46,983 nt of DNA from Octopus bimaculoides (GCF_001194135.2 NC_068986.1:87698620-87745602), one strand, 5' to 3'; positions 11,188 through 24,441 are shown, counted from the first letter of the stretch. Numbers and translations: made by a program. Notes: generated by a model not told the origin, from the sequence alone.

Positions 11188-13659
11188 ATAAATATATATA
11201 TGGGTGCATACATTAAAACATACACACATACACGCATCATGCATAACAACTGGTGTGTAATAGAGATGTGCTTGCAACAATGTAGGTTCTATTGTATAGC
11301 TTGCCAGAAAATTCAGCCCCGTCCATTCCAGAGCCCTCCGTTCACAAATCAATGACCGAATAAAGGAGCCTTAGGCAGTGGAAGCTTCTGCAGAGAAGCG
11401 AAGTAAATGACCACGATGAAAGGACAACAGAGTGAGATGTTGCCATGTAGGGTCACTGAACGTATTGTTGACCGACGCTATTGTTCACAGGCTGGCATGC
11501 AACTTGGACAAACAAAATGCGATAACTGTAAATGTGTATAGGTCTTTATGTATAAATACAAGCGCACGCCAGGATATACACACGCAGACACACAGATATT
11601 TATACTGCACTATTTGTTATACATAATCATATATGTATGCATATATACACGTACAAAGCTATACATGTATATATTTATATATATATATATNNNNNNNNNN
11701 NNNNNNNNNNNNNNNNNNNNNNNNNNNNNNNNNNNNNNNNNNNNNNNNNNNNNNNNNNNNNNNNNNNNNNNNNNNNNNNNNNNNNNNNNNNNNNNNNNNN
11801 NNNNNNNNNNNNNNNNNNNNNNNNNNNNNNNNNNNNNNNNNNNNNNNNNNNNNNNNNNNNNNNNNNNNNNNNNNNNNNNNNNNNNNNNNNNNNNNNNNNN
11901 NNNNNNNNNNNNNNNNNNNNNNNNNNNNNNNNNNNNNNNNNNNNNNNNNNNNNNNNNNNNNNNNNNNNNNNNNNNNNNNNNNNNNNNNNNNNNNNNNNNN
12001 NNNNNNNNNNNNNNNNNNNNNNNNNNNNNNNNNNNNNNNNNNNNNNNNNNNNNNNNNNNNNNNNNNNNNNNNNNNNNNNNNNNNNNNNNNNNNNNNNNNN
12101 NNNNNNNNNNNNNNNNNNNNNNNNNNNNNNNNNNNNNNNNNNNNNNNNNNNNNNNNNNNNNNNNNNNNNNNNNNNNNNNNNNNNNNNNNNNNNNNNNNNN
12201 NNNNNNNNNNNNNNNNNNNNNNNNNNNNNNNNNNNNNNNNNNNNNNNNNNNNNNNNNNNNNNNNNNNNNNNNNNNNNNNNNNNNNNNNNNNNNNNNNNNN
12301 NNNNNNNNNNNNNNNNNNNNNNNNNNNNNNNNNNNNNNNNNNNNNNNNNNNNNNNNNNNNNNNNNNNNNNNNNNNNNNNNNNTATATATATATATATATG
12401 TTTTACGTATAATAGCGGTGCTGCGCTGTATGTTGCACCACTACTACCAGACTACAACAAAATGGCCGTATGAAATTTTTCTGTATGTCTGTTTCTCCCG
12501 TTTCTTCTCGATACGATTTTTATACTTTACTTCCCTTATATAAGCAGTAAAATCTTTTACTTCTCTATCGCTTTATTTTCAACTGATAGCGTCTCTACCA
12601 AAGATATCTTAATTTTGTGTTTGACTGAAACACAATCTTTTGCTTTTGAACAAGTGTGTACACCAGCACACGAAATTAATAACTGCATTTATGTACTACG
12701 TGCTGGAGTTACCCCATTGCTGGATCATCTAGATTAGATGCATTCAGTAACAAGGGAATTACCTATGAAGTTTACTTGGTTATATTTTAAACCTTTGGCT
12801 ACTAGTTTATTTCGTAATACGGAAATTGCCTATGGGTAATTTAGGATGGCCAAGTATGACTTCAGTTCACTTGTGTGAATTTGAATTGCATATGATTATG
12901 CTGGTTACGAAATCTTTTCTTAAGATAGAGGGAAATTAGCAATCATCGTAAGGTCATATGTTACTTCTCATATTAATCCGCGAACAAAATGTTAAATACA
13001 CGATAGCGTAAGTGTCAAGGTTGATTATTTCAACATCATCTTATTTATAAATGGCAGTGAAAATATATCGTTTACACGGTTGCGGTAAAGATGAATGTAA
13101 TTTATGTTCTGTATATTAGTAAGGTGGTTAATTTGTATGTAATTTGTTTTGGGATCCATCAGTGTATCCTTTTTAAAATACCATTCTCTTTGAATATGAA
13201 TATTGGATCTATTGATATGCATATTCACCCATGAAGCAATCAATTACTTGTTTTTATTTACTGTTGAATCACTGTAGTTAAATATAAAACAAAATTACAC
13301 AGTCGTGAAAAATGTTAGCTGCTAAATCGCTCATGAAATATTTTTGTTTCTTTTAAATTCTAAATATGTTTTGCTAATGTCGTGTCAGATTTTCTCAGCA
13401 TCTAAAAATGTCAACGGTTAACTATGCATACGAGCTTCTATATGATTATCTACAGAACTATACTGAAGAAGATCGTGTATATATATATATATACATATAT
13501 ATATTTATATATATATATATGTATGTATGTATACATATATATATATGTAGAAGGTTTAGATTTAGATTCAAGATTGAATATGGTACTTATGCGTAGGCAC
13601 CAGAATATCGTATGTTATGGTATTATACAAAAACCATTCCAAAAGGTTAGGTGATCAAA

Positions 13660-13969
13660 AAATCAAAATAAGCAACACGGATTTCAAAGATGATTGCAGT
13701 ACGCACGTTTCATGCTACTCCATTTATTTAAGTAAGGCGAGCATTACATTAAATGCAATATCAAGAGCAATCTTCAGCTGCACGAAAATGCAGAAAATTA
13801 CAGTAGAATAGACATATTATAATTGTGGCAACATTTCAAATCGAAGTGGGAGAAAGAATACATAAAAATCTTGCATTTAATGTAATGCTCGCATTACTTA
13901 AATAAATGGAGTAGCATGAAACGTGCGTACTGCAATCATCTTTGAAATCCGTGTTGCTTATTTTGATTT
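13660..13969. repeat. Long inverted repeat: 99-bp arms (13660-13758 and 13871-13969), 112-bp spacer
   Basis: The reverse complement of the right arm equals the left arm except for one base (taaggcgag vs taatgcgag). Confidence 0.95.
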
Positions 13970-13984
13970 GTATATATATATATG

Positions 13985-14015
<31 letters not shown>

Positions 14016-14030
14016 GCATAAAATAATATT

Positions 14031-14495
14031 TTATAAGCGATCACTGCGCAATGACTAAAGAAGATAGTCTAATAATGGGACATATAAGCCCTCGACAGAT
14101 GTGATGGCTTATAAGCGCTAAGCTTATAGAATACTATTATTATTATTTATAGAATTGTAAAGGTCGACAATGCTTAACAAAACCGTTGCAGTAAAAGTAC
14201 ATGAGAGTTTGTTTACAAAACAACTACGAACTTATTATAATTCTTAAATCTGACAGAAAGAAGCAGCTTTGTACGTTGGTGCAACGGTAGCACACTTGGT
14301 CGCGTAAAGAAAGAATGTGGGTTCAAGTCCCAGACGTACGGAAAACCACCTTTTTTCTGTCCAGGGACTATATTCCCCATTATTAGACTATCTTCTTTAG
14401 ACTATGCGCAATGATCGCTTATGAGCTTTAAACTTATAAAATACTATTTTTACAGAATTGTAAAAATCGACAATGCTTAGCAAAACCATCGCAAT
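14031..14495 (+). mobile_element. Unclassified composite element rc(A)-B-C-tRNA-like-A-B
   Basis: A at 14356-14421 has an inverted copy at 14031-14099; B occurs directly at 14107-14192 and 14417-14495; a tRNA-like module lies between. Confidence 0.65.
14270..14341 (+). pseudogene. tRNA-like sequence (pseudo-tRNA or SINE head) followed by a T6 Pol III terminator
   Basis: 72 nt. Acceptor stem tgtacgt/acgtacg, D stem gtgc/gcac with AACGGTA loop, T arm tggg-ttcaagt-ccca. The anticodon stem is broken (cttgg vs aagaa). TTTTTT at 14351-14356. Confidence 0.7.
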
Positions 14496-14534
<39 letters not shown>

Positions 14535-16199
14535 GTACATACATGAAAGCATATATAGATAAGAGACAGGTATTCTCTGTATAAGATACATTTCGCAGTG
14601 CTCAGGAGATTTGAACTTGAGCAGGCAGAGGATTATATCTAAGGACAAGCAAGTTAGGCACCGTATTTGAACGAGGAACTCTTTTTTTGTAAAAAATATG
14701 GGAGTTTCTTATACATGGATAGTATTATAATCCTTCACAAAACATTTTATCCAAATTTTAAACCCCCCAAAATTTTGGGGTTTCTTAAACGCTTGTCCTT
14801 ACATTTATNNNNNNNNNNNNNNNNNNNNNNNNNNNNNNNNNNNNNNNNNNNNNNNNNNNNNNNNNNNNNNNNNNNNNNNNNNNNNNNNNNNNNNNNNNNN
14901 NNNNNNNNNNNNNNNNNNNNNNNNNNNNNNNNNNTGTAAGTGTACGTATGTGTATTTGTATATGCGTATATGTATATAAGTATGTAGATGTATATGCGTG
15001 TATATATGTACGTATATGCATATGTGCATATATGCCCTTCTGCCTGTATATAAGTATGTAATGAGCGCGTATATGTATTTATGTTTATGTATATAGAGAT
15101 AGTTATATAAGAACGTACTCGCATGTGTATAGATGTATTTGTATATGCATGCATGTCTGTGTATGTATACATATACATATATGTATGTGTGTGTGTGCGT
15201 TTATGTATGTATGTATGTATATACGTGTGCGTCTATGTATGTATAAAAGAGCATACATATGTATATGTGGCTGTGTGTGTTTGTATGCGCATAAGTATAT
15301 GTGTACTGATATGTAAATACAAAAAAAAAATTATGTATTATTTCTATATCTGTTTGTCTATTTATGTATCTGTTTATGTAAATCTATGTATGACTATTAT
15401 ATCCGTAAAATATCCAAGTATATTAATTATTGTCTCCCCGACATTGCAAGAAACTTATCCAGCTCTCTGTTTTTAGTTGTTTGTTTTTCCTTTCTACGAA
15501 AACACGCTCAACAATAACATCAACAACTATTTCGACATACACTAGAAAACCTTTCTTATATACTAATGGTTCTATATCTGATTATATAAGTTTATAACGT
15601 AAGTAATCCCGTTTATTTAGACCTTATTACACGCATATAACTTATTTCAAAATTTTCTTTAAAATATATCAATACTCTGACAAGATAATCAATTACGACA
15701 TATAACACTTAGTTTTGGATATTACATAAATTAGCACCTACTTAATATATATTTCTTTAGTCTTGATTCAAATAGGCATTACTGCAAGAACGAATACAAA
15801 TTTTTTTTTATAATGATAATTAAGAGAAAATCTATGTACTTCTAACATCTTTTTTAGTTTTTATATCAGCTACTGACGAGTACAAATACGATCATTACGA
15901 TTTTCTATTTATGAATATCTGAGTCTTTTTGGAAAAATAAAAACTATAATCCATTCTAACATCAAATCTCCTCCATTACATAAATATGAATGAATTTGTT
16001 GAACTGTTTTTAATAAGTTAACTCATATATGATTATTTTTATACAAGTTTTCATACCTCCACGAATTTTATACAAATAAATTCAAAAGTAAATATGAAGA
16101 AAAGATATTAGAAATTTTTGGAAATAATTCCAATTAAACGACGAACTCACATTCATCTGATAAAAAAAAAATATATATAAAATATATATACGTACACAC

Positions 16200-16352
<153 letters not shown>

Positions 16353-17435
16353 TATATAATTTCCTTCCCTCTATGTTGCACATACTGTGCGCACTTTGGC
16401 TAGAAGCTCTTCAAAGCGGACGTTACCGGCATCAGTGTTACCTGTGACAGAAGGCTTGCGAAATCTATGATCACGTTTCCTTTCACCGAGATACCCGTAC
16501 TCAGATAAATGGGCATAATCAAAATAATAATTGCATTAGACATAGAAATAATACCAATACAAAATAGCGTCAATACAGAAAGGTCATTTCTCTATTCTTA
16601 TTTTGTTTAAAACAATGGATAAATTTCATTGATCTTTCATTTGTTTGTGTATTCTCACACTATTATAACCGATTGGTGATCATTTAAAACCTCTTTCTCA
16701 AAAATACCCCCAGAAAAAATAGCTCAAAACAACCACAACTCATTATGCCTTTACACCTTCCGTATCTCATTCTAAAGATACCTTAATGAACACACAACAA
16801 ATATGTTGCATCACACACCAAAAATACAAACAAAACATGGTTTTATTCAACAATGTTTATATTTTCTAATCCGTCATTACCTTGTAATAGGCGTGATTGA
16901 ACATTAACTGCATTCTTCTTCTTCCAGTTATTGATATCCTCCAGCTATGGAGACTGTAAACAAAGTGGATCGCTCATTTTCCGTCTCATACGCTTGATTT
17001 TTTTCTTTTTAATCTTTTACTCTTTCACTCTCATTCTTTTTCTCTCTTTGACTATCATTCTCACATAACGTTATTACTAACTAGCATTCCAGAACATATT
17101 CAAATTGGATTAAGGAAAAGAATTCCGAAAATATTCAGAGGAAAACTTCAATAAGTGACAGGGTGAATGGTAAATATTTTTTACTTCATTGTTTTAAAAT
17201 ATTAAATAAATCGTGACTTTTTTCCATATTGATATAATGCCATTATGGATGTTATCTTATCATTGTACATAAGCCCATGTTGTATCAATTAATAAGTTAC
17301 TTAAAATGATTCTTGTTCTTTTACTTTTAGTATTTAGAGTAATGAAAAGGAAATAGTTTTAATGCGACTTTTTTCCTATATTTATTTGATTGGTTTATTT
17401 TCCTAGAATTTATTTCCATTATTCTTAAAATTCTT

Positions 17436-17512
<77 letters not shown>

Positions 17513-18980
17513 TATGTATATATATATATAAGACCTTTTAAAATTTCTATCCAAATATCCAAAATTAAAGAACTTTCCTGCACGTATTTACTAAGATGGC
17601 AACAACATGCAGACAATATCGAGATACATCCTGAATTCATTTAGAAAGAAAGGGCAACAACAATACTGCTTCTGTGTAGGGGAATTTTGTTCTGTCGTCT
17701 GGACTATCGCTCTAAGCTATGGTCACCGCACACTGTTAAATTAACGGCACTAAGGAATCTTTAATGTGATCAGTAACGCGGAATTCGGTTGAAACCCAGT
17801 TCAAAATTTTGCTATTGTGACTGCATCATTTTACCATTTCAAATTTTCTCGGACAATATTTTATCCAACATTATGTAGATAAACTGGAAGAGGCTTCCAA
17901 TTTACAAGAAGTAGAACATTGCCTTACAACATTTGAATTGTATAAGCTAAAACAAGCACTTTTTATGAAATCTCAATTTTCTCGATTTATTTTATATAAA
18001 ACTTTTCACACATCGAAAGTATTTGATCTTTAAATGTAGACTGCTGATATATCTTATATGTGAATTATAAGGTGAAGCTATAAATACAGACTATAAATTT
18101 CGCACTGAAAACGAGTCAGTGTATATGTGACGTAATGATTTGGACATTATAAATATTCCACTTTAAATGCGGTACTAGAAATATGATACTATGCTGCATG
18201 AGAAATGCAGTGTTGTATATGAAGCCTTATAAATGAGAAACTATAAGTAGGGTTGGTTACGCAAAAATGTGATCTAAAACTGTAGCACTAACATGTAGAA
18301 CAATAAATGTCACATGATGAAGGTGACACAAAATGTGACACGATGGAGATGACACAAAAATGTGACACTATAAATTCGAGGTGGATTTTAAGAATAACGG
18401 AGCACAAAAATTTGTTTCTTTCGAAATACGACAAAAAAAATTAATATTTTACAATTTTAGTAAATGTATTAATTAATTAATCGACTAATTGATTAATTAA
18501 CTACTGCTCACATATAGACATGTAATTCTGTTCCTTTCTTTATAAGCGTGCACCTGCGTACGTGTGTTTGTGCGTGAGTATTGTGCGTGAGTAATGTGTG
18601 TGTGTGGGGGGGTGTTAGTGTTAGTGTGTGTGTGCGTGCTTGAGTGATGAACCCTTAAACCCTTCATGGAGTCGTAGGTACATCGTTGTGACACACAGAA
18701 TGCCCTGAGGATGTCGTCTACCACGAAAACTGTGGGTTGATTCCAGAAGAAAGGCAGACAAATATAAAGAAACGATGTGATAAATTGAAAAATTCGGTCT
18801 CGTACTTTACTTCATAAACCCGAAAAATGAAAATCAGAAAAAAAATAATTAGATTAGTGGAATGAGAGCCGTATCGATTATTGCAATGTAATGCGGTTCT
18901 TGAAAAATTCTGACTATTGGCAGTGTATGAATGTATGTATATGTACATCTACCTATCTATCTACCTACTTACCTACCTAC

Positions 18981-19030
<50 letters not shown>

Positions 19031-19035
19031 CTCTA

Positions 19036-19091
<56 letters not shown>

Positions 19092-19199
19092 CATGATTGA
19101 AGCTTCGCAACATTCAACTATGAGTGCATTGCATCTTCGAGCAAAAACAGCTGCAGATGTGAGCTAATGAAGTTCAATCCATCATACTCTTCTCTCCGT

Positions 19200-19350
19200 T
19201 TTATTGTCTCTCTTTCCATTTTTTTACATCTCATATCTTTGTGTCGAAGAGTATTGGCTCGAAATGTCAATGTCTTTCAATTTTCCAGAGCCTCAAACTA
19301 ATACCCCTGTCTATTGTTCCCTTACCTGTCTCTGTGTGGACCATTTCGTC
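19200..19350 (+). mobile_element. PLE-terminal-repeat-like fragment with a hammerhead-like motif
   Basis: gtcgaagag-tattgg-ctcgaaatgtc at 19243-19268; flanks (tcaaacta.t.c..c) resemble the minus-strand copy at 22750-22870. Confidence 0.45.
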
Positions 19351-20177
19351 TCTCTTACTATTATTATCACTGTTATTCTCTTCCCCTTTTAAAACTTGCT
19401 TGCAAATACCCGATTGTTTTCCCTATTACCCCACTTGTATTCTCCCTTATTGTATCATATTTTAATTTACTTTATTTTATTAGACCTTTTTTGATGTCCT
19501 TACCAAAATTCCTCAGACTGATGAAAATGACAATGCATAAATTTAATTGTAATTACTATGGTTATAATTTTTTTCTTACATATTTGTATTGTCCTTTGAA
19601 ACGTGCGTATGTATTGAATCCTATTTTGTATTAAATCTAATTTTGATTCAACATCTTTTTCTCCACCATTTTTCTATAATTGTTTATGGTATTTTTATAC
19701 CTATAACGATATTTTTCAACTACACACACACACACATATANNNNNNNNNNNNNNNNNNNNNNNNNNNNNNNNNNNNNNNNNNNNNNNNNNNNNNNNNNNN
19801 NNNNNNNNNNNNNNNNNNNNNNNNNNNNNNNNNNNNNNNNNNNNNNNNNNNNNNNNNNNNNNNNNNNNNNNNNNNNNNNNNNNNNNNNNNNNNNNNNNNN
19901 NNNNNNNNNNNNNNNNNNNNNNNNNNNNNNNNNNNNNNNNNNNNNNNNNNNNNNNNNNNNNNNNNNNNNNNNNNNNNNNNNNNNNNNNNNNNNNNNNNNN
20001 NNNNNNNNNNNNNNNNNNNNNNNNNNNNNNNNNNNNNNNNNNNNNNNNNNNNNNNNNNNNNNNNNNNNNNNNNNNNNNNNNNNNNNNNNNNNNNNNNNNN
20101 NNNNNNNNNNNNNNNNNNNNNNNNNNNNNNNNNNNNNNNNNNNNNNNNNNNNNNNNNNNNNNNNNNNNNNNNNNNNN

Positions 20178-20256
<79 letters not shown>

Positions 20257-20424
20257 GAGTTGAACTGTAGATGTCACCATTGTGTTCCAGTTATCTGATG
20301 TCCAGTTTTCTTTTATTGTATGAATTTATGAAAACTCAATCGCATTGTATAATGCCAAGAACACAAACTACTTTCAAGTTTGGCAAATAGTCAACAATTT
20401 TAGGATGGATAAATCACCCCGAAT

Positions 20425-20572
20425 ACTAATTTATTATTGGTACTTATTTTATCGACCCCGGAACGATGAATGACAATCTCGACCTCGGCAGAATTTGAAA
20501 TCAGTACGTATAAACAGAGGAAATGACGCTATGTATATTGCCCGGGATGCTAACGATTATGCCAGTTTGGTG
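20425..20572 (-). mobile_element. Nin-domain SINE, 5' portion
   Basis: The reverse complement reads ctggcataatcgttagcatcccgggc...atttcaaattctgccgaggtcgag...ccggggtcgataaaataagtacc. Confidence 0.85.
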
Positions 20573-20921
20573 TCTTCATGACGATAACAGATATTAGCAC
20601 ATATTTCGCGCTTCATTATTCCTAACTTTATGTATGTATACATCATATATGTATGTATGTATGTATACGTCACCGACGAAATGACTTGGCTACATTAGTT
20701 GCGTAATAGGAACATACTTCTGTGTGTCTGTGTGAGAGAGTGTGAGTGTGTGCGTCTGTGTGTGTGTGTATATGTGCATGTAATGGAGAGAGAAAAATAA
20801 GATATAGGTGGGAGTGGTAAATCTCAATTGAAGTCATCAAGTTCAAGATAAAATGATGACGTCACTAAATAGATGGTGGTAAGAGCTGACGGGATTATAT
20901 ATATACATGTATATATATATG

Positions 20922-20956
<35 letters not shown>

Positions 20957-21247
20957 NNNNNNNNNNNNNNNNNNNNNNNNNNNNNNNNNNNNNNNNNNNN
21001 NNNNNNNNNNNNNNNNNNNNNNNNNNNNNNNNNNNNNNNNNNNNNNNNNNNNNNNNNNNNNNNNNNNNNNNNNNNNNNNNNNNNNNNNNNNNNNNNNNNN
21101 NNNNNNNNNNNNNNNNNNNNNNNNNNNNNNNNNNNNNNNNNNNNNNNNNNNNNNNNNNNNNNNNNNNNNNNNNNNNNNNNNNNNNNNNNNNNNNNNNNNN
21201 NNNNNNNNNNNNNNNNNNNNNNNNNNNNNNNNNNNNNNNNNNNNNNN

Positions 21248-21291
<44 letters not shown>

Positions 21292-22468
21292 GATATATAT
21301 ATATATATATATTAAGAGATATGGCAGGATAGAGAATATAGTATTTGAGAAAGAGAAAGAAAAATAATTTTGTAGGTTGGGAGAGTCTAAATATACATGA
21401 CTGTCTAAAGGTATTCCCTTAAGTACACACACACACACATGCACATATATATATATAAATATATATATACACTTACGTATACATATAAATGTGTATGCCT
21501 ATACGAATGAGAGCGGGAAATAGCTCGTGAGGTGTATATGTAAGAGGAATTCACTCCATTGTATGTTTATATCTATGAGTGTAGTTGTCTGTGTATGTAG
21601 GTGGCTAATCTATACATGAGCTTATTGTGCAAGGGATTTTGTGAAATGTAGGACGAGGGAGAGGAAAAATGATGAGTGCTTGCGTTTTTGCATATGTATG
21701 TGTCTATACTCTAGTGTTTATCTTTGTCTTTGTGTTACGTAAGTACGTTTTTGAAGCAAATCGTATATATGGGAGAGCTGAATGAGAGGGAAAGGAAGAG
21801 AGAGAGAGAGAGAGAGAGAGAGTGATGGGGAGAGAGAGGGGTAGAAAGAGAGAGAGAGAGAGAGAGAGCAGGGGATAATATGGAAAATTATGAGCGGATT
21901 ATCTCTGAGGTTAATTAATCTATGTATCTGCACCTCTTTTCATTCATCTGCTCATCAGCATGTATATCTGCGGTATTTCCAACATTCCTTTACTGAGGGA
22001 CATATAGCTGCAGGCTGGCTGCAAATACACATTTGGTTGCATCTGCATTATGCGATCATTGCTATAACATGCACCGAGCAGTCATTGAGTGCAATCTCTC
22101 CCTGTATGCAAAAACAAAAAATGAAAGATAAAATAAAGAGAAAACAACAGCGACCACAACAAAAACAAGCATTTTTTCTACCTGGCTGTTACAATTGTCA
22201 GTTTACAATGCTTGACTGTCTGTCTGTATGTACATATGTCTCACAAGGCACACTCTCTCCCTTTCTGTGTACAGCTACATAACACATTAGCTATCTGCCC
22301 TCATTCGATTTATATGTCTATATCCCTCGTTTTCTTCCCTCTTGTATGTATAACATCTCTGCTTATATAGGTGTATATAACATACTCACATACTCACTGT
22401 TGTCTCTTATTCTTTTTATCATCCCTTCTTTCTTCTTGAATATATATGTATACATATATACATACATT

Positions 22469-22512
<44 letters not shown>

Positions 22513-22600
22513 NNNNNNNNNNNNNNNNNNNNNNNNNNNNNNNNNNNNNNNNNNNNNNNNNNNNNNNNNNNNNNNNNNNNNNNNNNNNNNNNNNNNNNNN

Positions 22601-22663
<63 letters not shown>

Positions 22664-22749
22664 ATATATTTATATATACATACACATACACATACATATA
22701 TATTTCAAATTTATAGAAAACAAATGATGAAGACAGGTGTGGAGATAAT

Positions 22750-22870
22750 AAACTGATGCACTAGTTTGACACTTGAGAAGAATGGAAAAACTTCGACGTT
22801 TCGAGCTACACTCTTCGACAGTAAAGAATGAGTGGTGTGAAAAAATAGAGAAAGAAAAAACGATGAGAGA
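22750..22870 (-). mobile_element. Second PLE-terminal-repeat-like fragment with a hammerhead-like motif
   Basis: The reverse complement of 22795-22819 is gtcgaagag-tgtag-ctcgaaacgtc; same family as 19200-19350. Confidence 0.45.
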
Positions 22871-23619
22871 AAAAAAAATGGTGTAGGGATTAAAGGTTTA
22901 ACATGATGAAATTACTGGAAGAAAGATGCTGAGTTTAAGGGATTTAAGGACTGTGGCCCGGCTGAACCGGGGTGCGCAGGCGCTTATATACATATATATG
23001 TAAAAAAAACACACACACTCACAGAGGCACGTTTACACGTATACATATGTATGTATTATGCATGCATGCATATATATATAAGTACGTATATGCACATATG
23101 CACACAGTAGTGATTTACTCACTACTCGTTTCGCCAAGTTTCATTAAGCTCAATTTTTGTTCTTGGCAAATTATTATTTTCTTTTTGTTTGGACAGAATG
23201 GACTAAACAGAACAAGAGGAGACACGCAGGATGGAGAGTTGCTGAAGAGTTCAGAAGATGTGTGACGAAAGATTTCCAGACAAAGGGCACTAAAATATAA
23301 ACAATGATAAAACTTAAATGAAAGCGATTGTGTAATAGGTATATTCATTTGGAAAAGAAAAAAAAAACATCCCTAAATATAACAATATTTTGGTCCCACG
23401 AATAAGACGTCGATTCATATCGAAACGGAAATTACGAAATTGACAAATATCTACGAAGTAACTGTAAGAAGAATTTTAAGAAACGAAGGAAAACATCAGA
23501 TGTTTATATTTTGTAGATCGTCAAGATTTTTAAAGGACATGATGATAATTTAACTTAGATTGGTTTCGGCTAGTATCTGCCCAGGCCATAAGTAACTTAA
23601 CAGCACTTCGTGGAGATGT

Positions 23620-23860
23620 CTTTTAAATCATGTTTCGGAACACCATGGACCATTCCGTGTCCGGGGTTTGGCAGTTTGTCTGGTATTTCTTAGAGGGATG
23701 AATACAAGTAGTGTTTGAATGTTGTGGGGTCTTTTTTAATTTAATATATCCCGGTATAACGTTGAATAAAGCAGAACCATTTGAGGTAAAAAGTGGTGTG
23801 ACAATATTCTTATGTGATTTGAACTCGACTTATTCAGGGGACGTATAGTGTGGAGGCCTA
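23620..23860 (-). mobile_element. Degenerate LINE ORF2 C-terminus (CR1/L2 superfamily-like)
   Basis: Frame-broken GSALFNVIPGYIK...TTFKHYLYSSL*EIPDKLPNPG resembles GP.LFN.LP..I.....FK..LD.FL..IPD.P..PG. Confidence 0.5.
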
Positions 23861-24311
23861 AAATGCTCAGTTACTGCATAATACTTTTTGTGATATTTTG
23901 AACACGGTCCTGCACTGAGCTTTGTGTGTGGACATTGGTAGATTTAGGCTGTATGAGCTGTGAGTTTGACTGTCATTTCCTTTAGTAGTATAATCATATC
24001 ACCACCTAGTCTCGCAGAAGAACTGGCAGCAGCACCAGCACCAGCCGTAGCGCAACCACCATCCGACCTATGGCTGTCTTTAATAAGTTTCACACTATTG
24101 CAAACGTTAAGGTCAGATGTTAGATCTTAATATGTTTTCATCCATTCATCTCAGTTGTCTTGAAATCCCGAAAAATATGGGCCTTGCTTTTCATCCTGGG
24201 ACTAAATTATGTAAAAAACAACTATTGAATCTGTAATTCTAGGTGAGCTAGATATAACAGAGTACAGTTAGTGATTTCATCTGCTTATTAATATTAGAAG
24301 AACCATTTTCT

Positions 24312-24441
24312 ACCAAGGTCAACTTTGCCTTTTATCAATTTTGGGTCGATAAAATAAGTACCAGTTAAGCACTGGTGTCCATATAGTCAACTTACAACTT
24401 CCACCCAAATTGCTTATATTGTGCCAAAATTTGAAACCAAT
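24312..24441 (+). mobile_element. Nin-domain SINE, 3' portion
   Basis: aggtcaactttgccttttatc..tttgggtcgataaaataagtaccag...gtgccaaaatttgaaacc tail. Confidence 0.75.

Noticed and set aside
14270-14341. Functional tRNA-Arg(GCG) gene
   Set aside because: The anticodon stem does not pair, position 33 is not U, and the sequence sits inside a duplicated element; treated as tRNA-like only.
21930-22140. Strong minus-strand acceptor at about 22100 and a Cys-rich frame CRCNQMCICSQPAAICPSVKECWKYRRYTC
   Set aside because: All three frames after the acceptor hit stops within 18 codons, and the Cys-rich frame has no start codon or signal peptide.
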